IMG/VR virus record: IMGVR_UViG_3300025070_000018
Strand: one strand, 5' to 3'
Length of the DNA stretch: 35,920 bases
Origin: an uncultured virus (IMG/VR IMGVR_UViG_3300025070_000018)
Taxonomy: Duplodnaviria; Heunggongvirae; Uroviricota; Caudoviricetes
The position numbers and the translations under genes are program-made. Under the pieces are notes generated by a model. The model was not told the DNA's origin. It searched no databases and saw nothing but the letters and a program-made list of their open reading frames with translations. Of this stretch, positions 8,315-15,462 are shown piece after piece; positions within the stretch are counted from its first letter, which is position 1; each line of letters starts with the position of its first letter.

Positions 8315-9052
8315 CTATGCTACCATGCGATAGCCATGCTCACTCCAACCTCTAACTTTTGGACTGTTAAAGGTGGGTAATATAGTGCCGTAAGATAAAC
8401 TCACCATAGCATATGCTAAGTTATTTGGTATAGCTTTAATGCTAGGTGGTCGTAGCTCAGGTAAAACTCTATCGGGGGATAGAGAATCACCACTCGCGTT
8501 AAAGTATGGTACTGATACCTTAGCTTTAGGATACAAGTTAGGATATGATCTCCATATAGAGGGTTGCTTCAAGATTTTACGCATAACTTTATGCCTAGGT
8601 TCTTCGGGCAAGGACTCTTGCATCCAGTGTTGGCGATTCATTCTTGTACCAATGATAGCAGTACAGTAGAAGCTATCGAAAGCATTTCTATTTTTGTTCT
8701 TAGTATCAGCCACAGATTGCATAGCTTTACGTGTACCAGATTCAGTCTCAATCAGATTGAATCTATGCAACCCTTCGTATATAGGTGGCTTGACTTTAAC
8801 GACTACCCACTTAACGTCTTTGAGATACTCGTTGTTGTAGCATGAGAAGTAATTACGTATGATGTTTAAGTCATACTTATCACTGATTGGCTTAGATAAA
8901 GCGTCATAGTTGACAGTATTCTTGTTGATTAATAAAGCTGATGATCTGTTCTTGACCATGTATAGCTTTTGAATATAACCGTTAACTTCATGGAAAGCTA
9001 TCAGTGATTTGTGTCCGTATGGACAAGGCGTTAGCTTTAGTTTTCTCGTCAT
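8315..9052 (-). CDS. Basic hypothetical protein, 245 aa
   Basis: Long ORF coupled (TAATG) to the GATase gene; no motif recognised. Confidence 0.7.
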   Translation of the reverse strand: MTRKLKLTPCPYGHKSLIAFHEVNGYIQKLYMVKNRSSALLINKNTVNYDALSKPISDKYDLNIIRNYFSCYNNEYLKDVKWVVVKVKPPIYEGLHRFNLIETESGTRKAMQSVADTKNKNRNAFDSFYCTAIIGTRMNRQHWMQESLPEEPRHKVMRKILKQPSIWRSYPNLYPKAKVSVPYFNASGDSLSPDRVLPELRPPSIKAIPNNLAYAMVSLSYGTILPTFNSPKVRGWSEHGYRMVA

Positions 9053-9969
9053 TACAGTGCCCCCTTCTTATCTATTAAGTCATCAAACACGTCATACAAA
9101 TCCAACTCAGATGCACTGACCAAATCGCTCAGCATTTGGGCGGTACCTGTTGGGTTGTGGTAGACCACTTCGGATATGTCTGCTTGGCTTAGCCCCGCAA
9201 GGTCGCCTAAGTTGTATGGCTCGTTATCATCACACAAGTCCATAGATTTTTCGGCGTTTGTTTTACTTACACTTTTGTCGTATTCAAATGTGTTTGAATC
9301 ATATGAGTATGGATTCCATGCGGAATTGAATGATATGTATTTGTTCTTAGGCTTGCTAGATATGGTATCAGTTTGAACATCATAATCACTACCCATACCA
9401 CGATTGATTGAGTATGTATTGGATAGCCACATGTTATCCATAGTTTCACCATGGTCCTCGTTGGCAATAGTAAACTTACCATTGGAACCGTCAAGGAATA
9501 GCAGTTTATCAGAGCCGATTGAATCTTCAATCATCTCTAACCAATCCTTGTTGTATATAAGTTCGGGATTGTTAGATAGCATTGGACGTAGTACCCACTT
9601 GACATATTGATGTGTATCAGATTTGTCTACATCAATCATTGGTGTGGGTAATTGTGGACCGTTATGCATTAACCATATGTCCCTGTTGTGTTGCTTCTTG
9701 TTAAGCACTTCGAATGGGTGGCAGTTAGCTTTGTTAGTACCACCGTTAGTTGTGAATCTGAAGTGTAAACCCATTGGGATTTTCATATCTTTGTATTTAT
9801 CCCAGAGTTTGATAACATCATACTCATTGTTTGGCAGTTCTTTGAATGTTTGAATCTTGCCGTCTGCAAGAAACATACCACCAAATCCGTCTGAATTGTT
9901 GGAGTATGCTGACTTGAGTAAATTAGATTTTAACTCACTTGCATTGTCGCTTTTAATAATTAAACACAT
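9052..9969 (-). CDS. Class II (Ntn) glutamine amidotransferase
   Basis: N-terminal MC, NSDGFG, HFRFTTNG, NCHPF, MHNG, SDT. Confidence 0.9.
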   Translation of the reverse strand: MCLIIKSDNASELKSNLLKSAYSNNSDGFGGMFLADGKIQTFKELPNNEYDVIKLWDKYKDMKIPMGLHFRFTTNGGTNKANCHPFEVLNKKQHNRDIWLMHNGPQLPTPMIDVDKSDTHQYVKWVLRPMLSNNPELIYNKDWLEMIEDSIGSDKLLFLDGSNGKFTIANEDHGETMDNMWLSNTYSINRGMGSDYDVQTDTISSKPKNKYISFNSAWNPYSYDSNTFEYDKSVSKTNAEKSMDLCDDNEPYNLGDLAGLSQADISEVVYHNPTGTAQMLSDLVSASELDLYDVFDDLIDKKGAL

Positions 9970-11237
9970 TAGCTTTCCTCACTTTCGTTTTGTATATTTT
10001 TAGCTTTACCCTTAGTATAGCCCTTGCGAACTAGCCATGAGAACAGGTAAGGGTATTGACCTCTGCTCTCAGATTTAGTCATGTACCGTACATAGTTGGT
10101 ATATGATAAACTATTTACTGATTCTGTATCTTTGTCAATGCCTACAGTCTTAACAAAGTTGCATAAAGAATCTACAAATTCAAGGTTTCTAAATATACCT
10201 TGCTTTGCAATATTACCTCTGAATATACGGAACTCAATAGTACGTGGCTTGTGCGTTGCCAATGCTTCGTATTTATCAGAGCGTTGTAAACTATCTTTTA
10301 GGTTTTTAGATTTAAAGGCTGACCACTGGGCTGAACTACGCCCCGCAATACGCTCAATGAAGTCACGATTGTGCTTACCATTGACGAACACCAATAGCTT
10401 GCCAATATCTAGGGGTGTCACGCTTGTACGATCTACGTGTATATGCATACCACAAGTTGAGGTATTCCATGATGATAGTTGATCTGCAAAACCTTTCTCG
10501 CAGAAATCTGACCAACGTTTCTTTTGAAATGATAATGTAGCGGGTGCAGTCACGATTTCGAAACCATTATTAAGTGACCCGTCATGCTTACATATTGCGA
10601 AGCCTCGTAGTATTTGTTCCACATCTTCAGCAATTTCGTATGAGGCACTTGATCGTCTTTCTACTTCGATTTCAGCTCCCATAAGTCGCTTCTCGTTGCC
10701 ATGATACAGTGGTGATAGCTCGTTAGTCACATCATAGTCGTATGAGTGAACACCATTTTCATCATAATCTGCTTCATCATCTTCATAGGGGTAATCATCA
10801 TCATGATAGTATTGCCCGTCATCATCATGGTATCTATAACTACTACTAAGACAGGATTCACAAACGTAGGTATCAGTACCCTCTATATAGGTTAGTTCTT
10901 CAGTATTCTCTACATTCTCGCAATCATCACAGGTTGAAAATTGATACTGTATATCGTTGCGTATTTGATTTGCCAATACTTGAAGTTTGTGTATTGGAAA
11001 TGAATTATTACGTAGTTCGTCAACTGTAGAAGTTTGTGTTCTCCACATGTTTATCTCATTGTGAACAGAAGTATGTAAGTCTATAGCAAATTGGTATAAC
11101 TCACCGTCATCAAGATTAAGGACATCTTGGAATTTCTCGACACTACGGTTGCACTCAAAGTAAAACGTTTTTAGATAGCTATACAATGATACACTTAGCA
11201 ATTTAGTAGTGCGTAGTCTAGTCAATAATGTAAACAT
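9969..11237 (-). CDS. Putative amidoligase (COOH-NH2 ligase, Amidoligase_2-like) with N-terminal CxxC pair
   Basis: GAEIEVE, KHDGSL, GFEIVTAP, TCGMHIHV, TIEFRIFRG. Confidence 0.88.
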   Translation of the reverse strand: MFTLLTRLRTTKLLSVSLYSYLKTFYFECNRSVEKFQDVLNLDDGELYQFAIDLHTSVHNEINMWRTQTSTVDELRNNSFPIHKLQVLANQIRNDIQYQFSTCDDCENVENTEELTYIEGTDTYVCESCLSSSYRYHDDDGQYYHDDDYPYEDDEADYDENGVHSYDYDVTNELSPLYHGNEKRLMGAEIEVERRSSASYEIAEDVEQILRGFAICKHDGSLNNGFEIVTAPATLSFQKKRWSDFCEKGFADQLSSWNTSTCGMHIHVDRTSVTPLDIGKLLVFVNGKHNRDFIERIAGRSSAQWSAFKSKNLKDSLQRSDKYEALATHKPRTIEFRIFRGNIAKQGIFRNLEFVDSLCNFVKTVGIDKDTESVNSLSYTNYVRYMTKSESRGQYPYLFSWLVRKGYTKGKAKNIQNESEES

Positions 11238-11269
11238 GTAAACCTCACTTTCATAACATTATTAAAGAC

Positions 11270-11314
11270 AGTATAACACTAAGTGCGAAAATGTAAACTG
11301 TACATTGTGTCGCA
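11270..11314 (-). promoter_or_regulatory. Promoter TGCGACA-N10-TTTACA-N16-TATACT (extended -10 TG)
   Basis: Box 11314-11308, -35 at 11297-11292, -10 at 11275-11270. Confidence 0.7.
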
Positions 11315-11350
11315 CTTAGTAAGAAGTTTTCAAAGTCAATTTTCCACATA

Positions 11351-11617
11351 TCAACTGTTGTTAATAGTAGTGCTATCGACTTTGATTTCAGTTTCAATGC
11401 TTAAAGAATTGTCAGCATATAGCGATACAAATCCCTGTTTTTTAAGCAGTGTATTAAACCTAGAATACGTAGCTGGATAAGGCACTCCAGCACGTTCTAG
11501 GAATGGTGTTTCGGTATTTAGTGAACTAAATGCGTAGTTATATAGTGCAGTCACATTACCAAACACTTTGATATCGTCAAGGAAATTAGCCCTTGTTGTG
11601 TATACAGTTTTAGCCAT
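11351..11617 (-). CDS. Early hypothetical protein
   Basis: GGGGG RBS, overlap with the upstream gene. Confidence 0.65.
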   Translation of the reverse strand: MAKTVYTTRANFLDDIKVFGNVTALYNYAFSSLNTETPFLERAGVPYPATYSRFNTLLKKQGFVSLYADNSLSIETEIKVDSTTINNS

Positions 11618-11831
11618 TATTTACCCCCCATTTATTGCGTAAGTTATTGATTGTTAGGCTATTGTTAGTAAACTCTGATTTTGCTTCGATATAATCCATA
11701 AATCTCAGCTTATCAAATCGGTTGTTTGATCTCGCTAATATGTGCGTTATATCCTCAACCATAGCTTTGGTTGGATTATGCTTTGCAATTAGTTCAGCGA
11801 ATTCAATAAAATCTTTTCTTGTTAATGCCAT
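11610..11831 (-). CDS. Early hypothetical protein
   Basis: MALTRKDFIEFAELI...NNRFDKLRFM pattern. Confidence 0.7.
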   Translation of the reverse strand: MALTRKDFIEFAELIAKHNPTKAMVEDITHILARSNNRFDKLRFMDYIEAKSEFTNNSLTINNLRNKWGVNNG

Positions 11832-11855
11832 TTTATGCCCCCATTAATTAAATCT

Positions 11856-11900
11856 AGTATGCCATAACCATTTTCAGAGTCAATGGCACATTCTGTCGCA
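11856..11900 (-). promoter_or_regulatory. Promoter TGCGACA-N10-TTGACT-N16-CATACT
   Basis: Box 11900-11894, -35 at 11883-11878, -10 at 11861-11856. Confidence 0.7.
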
Positions 11901-11908
11901 CCTAGCAA

Positions 11909-12139
11909 TTATCTGCTAGATGCTAATTTCATATATTTTGCATAGTCTGGGTGTTGTTGAGCCTTACGAAGTAAAGCCACGCGACCACCATCTGAAAGCC
12001 TTTGATTTTCAGATTTAAACACATAACCCGTAAAAACGGATTTTGCAGGATTTTCATAGCGGTCTTTTTGACCGTTAAATATAGGTGATTTTCCTAAAGG
12101 TAGGAAACCACGCCCAATGATGCCCATGTTTGATTTCAT
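11909..12139 (-). CDS. Early hypothetical protein
   Basis: GAGG RBS, own promoter. Confidence 0.65.
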   Translation of the reverse strand: MKSNMGIIGRGFLPLGKSPIFNGQKDRYENPAKSVFTGYVFKSENQRLSDGGRVALLRKAQQHPDYAKYMKLASSR

Positions 12140-12171
12140 AATTTATTGCCTCTCAATCAATTTCTAAATTC

Positions 12172-12215
12172 AGTATGACAGATTGAATTTTAAAGTCAAT
12201 GTCAAAACTGTCGCA
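12172..12215 (-). promoter_or_regulatory. Promoter TGCGACA-N9-TTGACT-N16-CATACT
   Basis: Box 12215-12209, -35 at 12199-12194, -10 at 12177-12172. Confidence 0.7.
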
Positions 12216-12320
12216 CCCCCAACAACCGTTTAATAGTATGATAAATAACTAATGAGATCGACCTACATTTGAAATAGTTATTTAAAAAGTCTATTAAATC
12301 AGTTGTTAAAAGTAGGTTAG

Positions 12321-12364
12321 AGTATGACACCATGATTTAAAATAGCAAGGTTATTTTGGTCACA
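12321..12364 (-). promoter_or_regulatory. Promoter TGTGACC-N9-TTGCTA-N16-CATACT (degenerate box)
   Basis: Same geometry as the neighbouring promoters. Confidence 0.5.
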
Positions 12365-12373
12365 TGGGGCGGG

Positions 12374-12452
12374 TTGTCGCAGTGCGACAATTAGCCGAGT
12401 ATATGCGACACTATATCCTGCGACAAAATGCCTGATGCGACATATAGTCGCA
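12374..12452. repeat. Cluster of six TGCGAC(A) boxes, direct and inverted
   Basis: TTGTCGCAgTGCGACAA palindrome at 12374-12390; boxes at 12404, 12419, 12436; inverted GTCGCA at 12447. Confidence 0.85.
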
Positions 12453-12520
12453 CTTTATTTTGGTCATGGGGTACCCTACGATTTTCACGCATCAGTACTT
12501 CATGCCTACAAGTGTAGGTG

Positions 12521-12540
12521 AAAGCCCCCGAAGGGGCTAT
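12521..12540 (-). terminator. Probable intrinsic terminator with cUUCGg loop
   Basis: Minus strand AGCCCC-TTCG-GGGGCT-TT, just after ORF 12550-12714; short U tract. Confidence 0.6.
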
Positions 12541-12549
12541 CATCTAGAC

Positions 12550-12714
12550 TTATCTGTTAGCTGTGGCAACTTGTCTCGCAAACCAGAGTGAGTCGATTTG
12601 CCACACTTTGTACACAGGTGCGACTTTTTGTCCCATGTAAATTTTGTTAGTTCTGTTTTTAACCTTACGCTTGAGCCAACCGTAAGATTTAGATTTTAAT
12701 AATGTATTTTCCAT
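12550..12714 (-). CDS. 54-aa basic early protein
   Basis: MENTLLKSKSYGWLKRKVKNRTNKIYMGQKVAPVYKVWQIDSLWFARQVATANR; TGCGACA box upstream (12759-12765), hairpin downstream. Confidence 0.6.
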   Translation of the reverse strand: MENTLLKSKSYGWLKRKVKNRTNKIYMGQKVAPVYKVWQIDSLWFARQVATANR

Positions 12715-12979
12715 ATATCAAGTAGAACATATCCCGAAAGAAAAGTATATGCGCAATATGTCGCAGGGGTTTGGGGCTTGTGTTCGTGGTTTGTTCAGTA
12801 TATACGACTCATATACTGGAGTAATAAATTATTACTATAGAAGAATAGTAGAGATGATTAGAGGGGGGAGGGGTCTAAAATCCAAACCCCACCCCAAAAA
12901 ACTACGTGTGCACATACATACATAATGCATCAAAAAAAATTTTAGCAAAATTTCAGGACCTTCCTACCTTCTCACCTTT

Positions 12980-13186
12980 TCAGGGAGCGGGCGGGCGTTT
13001 GTGCTTGTCGATATATTCCTTGAGGCTGAGGTCGACCCTGTCTGATTTTCGCGTGCCCCCTTGACTGAGGAAGTCCGCCAGCAGGTCGGCAAATTGGTTG
13101 GGGCTTAAGCCATGTGACAACACACGCAATAAGCGCGAAATTCTTTTTTTGATTTTCTCGTTTGATAATATGCGATGATGACCCAT
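12980..13186 (-). CDS. Hypothetical protein, 68 aa
   Basis: ORF divergent from terS; weak RBS. Confidence 0.4.
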   Translation of the reverse strand: MGHHRILSNEKIKKRISRLLRVLSHGLSPNQFADLLADFLSQGGTRKSDRVDLSLKEYIDKHKRPPAP

Positions 13187-13294
13187 AGGCTTTTTGTTCG
13201 AGGGGGCACGCCGAGTGAGGTCAGCGTTTTAAAGCCCCCTCTCTTACAGGAGACACCCGCGAAGCGGGATACTAGAATAGTACCACAACAGCCC

Positions 13295-13323
13295 TTGTTT
13301 ATACAAGAGGGGTATGTTATAAT
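13295..13323 (+). promoter_or_regulatory. Promoter TTGTTT-N17-TATAAT (extended -10) for the packaging operon
   Basis: TGtTATAAT ends 8 nt before the terS ATG; overlaps the imperfect palindrome CCCTTGT-ttat-ACAAGAGGG. Confidence 0.6.
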
Positions 13324-13331
13324 TTTTTAAC

Positions 13332-13796
13332 ATGGATAAAAATAAACCCTTGACAGGTCGGCAAGAATTATTCTGCCAGGAATACATTAAAGACCTAAAT
13401 TCAAAAGCAGCGGCAAAGCGCGCAGGTTACTCAGACAAAGTGGCTGACGCAAAGTCGTATCAGTTTTTGAAAATGGATCGTATTCGAGATCGTGTAGCGG
13501 AGCTCAAGCAAGATTCTATGCGCAGGCTACAACTTGACGCGGATGACATTTTGCGCCGATTAGTTCGTATTGCAGATGCAACTGAACAAGAAGGGGATTA
13601 TAGTGCGGCTATTCGAAGCCTGGAGTTGTTAGGTAAACACAAAGCGTTGTGGACTGATAAGACAGTTAATGAAACAACTATTATGAATGCATTTGCATCA
13701 GGTAATTCAGAAGAAGATATCCAGCGTGACGTGGAGCGATTGAAAAGAATCGCAACACCTAAACTTAAAGTAGTATCAGGAGACAAAAAGAAATGA
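13332..13796 (+). CDS. terS: Terminase small subunit
   Basis: LTGRQELFCQEYIKDLNSKAAAKRAGYS HTH, SLELLGKH; upstream of TerL. Confidence 0.9.
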   Translation: MDKNKPLTGRQELFCQEYIKDLNSKAAAKRAGYSDKVADAKSYQFLKMDRIRDRVAELKQDSMRRLQLDADDILRRLVRIADATEQEGDYSAAIRSLELLGKHKALWTDKTVNETTIMNAFASGNSEEDIQRDVERLKRIATPKLKVVSGDKKK

Positions 13797-13874
13797 TTTT
13801 AACACCAAGGCTAGAGCTGTACACAGGACAAAAAGATGTGGATACTTATTCTCAAATAGTTTTGTGGGGCGGCG

Positions 13875-15452
13875 TTGCTTACATCACAGAATAATTCTCA
13901 AGCCACAGTAGAAGATAGAGACGCAGCAACTAGGCTAGCAGTCAAACAAGCGCGTGATGACTTACTAGCATTTGTAATGCTGATGAACCCTAGCTTCAAT
14001 GTGGGACCTCACCATAGACTGTTATGCGATGAGTTAATGAAATTAGAACAAGGCGATACTGACCGTCTAATGGTATTTGTATCTCCGCGTTCATCTAAGT
14101 CGCTTATTACTTCAACATACTTTCCAGCTTGGGCGCTGGGTCGTAATCCTTATTGGCAGGAAATTGCAGTATCTCACTCAGATGACTTAGCTACTAAGTT
14201 TGGTAGAGCTATTCGTGATATTATTAATACCACAGCCTACAACACTATATTCCCTAAAGTAAAAATTAAAAAAGATAATCGCGCAGCAAACTCTTGGGCA
14301 CTAGAAGAAGGCGGCAAAGTAGCAGGAAGTTTCTTAGCTGCAGGTTCTGGCTCAGGTATCGCTGGTTTTGGTGCGCACTTAGCAGTTATTGATGACCCAA
14401 TCTCTGAGCAAGATGCTTATTCTAAGACAAGGCGTGAACAATTAAACGAATGGTATGCTTCTGGTTTACGAACACGACTAATGCCAGGTGGAAAAGTTGT
14501 GCTGGTGATGACAAGGTGGCACGAAAATGACTTAGCAGGTCACTTGTTAAAGCAGCAAGAGGCTTCACCCCTAGCAGATAAGTGGAATGTTGTACGAATA
14601 CCTGCGCTAAATACTGCAGAATCTTCAGAACAACTAACAAAAGCTAGAAACTCTCTAATTGAACAGGGGTATTTATCAGAAACGTACCCTGAACCTAAGC
14701 TTGGTGAGTCTTTCTGGGGGGCACCTGATCGCGAAAATGGATTTTGCTGGTCAACGGAGGACATTATTCGTACAAAGAACAACACACCCCCGTTTAAATT
14801 TGACGCATTGTACCTACAAAGCCCATCATCTGAGACAGGGGGCATCATTCAAGTAGATTATTGGCAAGATTGGAGCAGTGAAGACCCTCCTGAGTGTGAT
14901 TTTATCATACAATCCTGGGATACAGCGTTCTCTACCCGCACAACTGCAGACTATTCTGTAATTACTACGTGGGGTGTCTTTAAAAAGGACGAACTTAGCA
15001 TGGCAAACATGGTATTGCTAGGAATGGAGAAGGGTCGCTGGGATTTTCCTACACTAAGACAGAAAGCTGTGGACAAATTTATGAAACATAAGCCAGATTC
15101 CATAGTGATTGAGAAAAAAGCTTCGGGTCAATCGTTAATTCAAGACCTAAGACTAGCAGGTTTACCTATACAAGAGTATCAACCTGATCGAGACAAAGTA
15201 TCACGCGCATATGCTATCAGTTCTTTGTTTCATAACGCAAGAATCTACGCACCACTAGATAAAGTGTGGGCAAAAGAAACTATTGAAGAGTGTCGCCAGT
15301 TCCCATCGGGACCTCATGACGATATTGTAGACTCTGTTACACAAGCAGTGCTATATGTACGTAATGGCGGGTACTTAGAACATAGTGATAATTCATGGCT
15401 TGACTTAGACGAGTCATCAGTGTATAATAGAAAACGCAGACGTTATTATTAA
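13875..15452 (+). CDS. terL: Terminase large subunit
   Basis: SPRSSKS Walker A, AVIDDP Walker B, MTRWH, QSWDTA and HDDIVD nuclease motifs; TTG start uncertain. Confidence 0.95.
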   Translation: MLTSQNNSQATVEDRDAATRLAVKQARDDLLAFVMLMNPSFNVGPHHRLLCDELMKLEQGDTDRLMVFVSPRSSKSLITSTYFPAWALGRNPYWQEIAVSHSDDLATKFGRAIRDIINTTAYNTIFPKVKIKKDNRAANSWALEEGGKVAGSFLAAGSGSGIAGFGAHLAVIDDPISEQDAYSKTRREQLNEWYASGLRTRLMPGGKVVLVMTRWHENDLAGHLLKQQEASPLADKWNVVRIPALNTAESSEQLTKARNSLIEQGYLSETYPEPKLGESFWGAPDRENGFCWSTEDIIRTKNNTPPFKFDALYLQSPSSETGGIIQVDYWQDWSSEDPPECDFIIQSWDTAFSTRTTADYSVITTWGVFKKDELSMANMVLLGMEKGRWDFPTLRQKAVDKFMKHKPDSIVIEKKASGQSLIQDLRLAGLPIQEYQPDRDKVSRAYAISSLFHNARIYAPLDKVWAKETIEECRQFPSGPHDDIVDSVTQAVLYVRNGGYLEHSDNSWLDLDESSVYNRKRRRYY

Positions 15453-15462
15453 GGATTGATTT

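Noticed and set aside
157..11480. Plus-strand ORFs in the left arm (e.g. 2291-2809, 10096-10482)
   Set aside because: Antisense shadows of well-supported minus-strand genes, with no RBS or motifs.
12374..12452. Possible mini-CRISPR array
   Set aside because: Repeats are only 7 bp, in mixed orientation, with spacers far too short.
13190..13275. tRNA or hammerhead ribozyme
   Set aside because: No cloverleaf or T-loop consensus, and no CUGAUGA/GAAA core.
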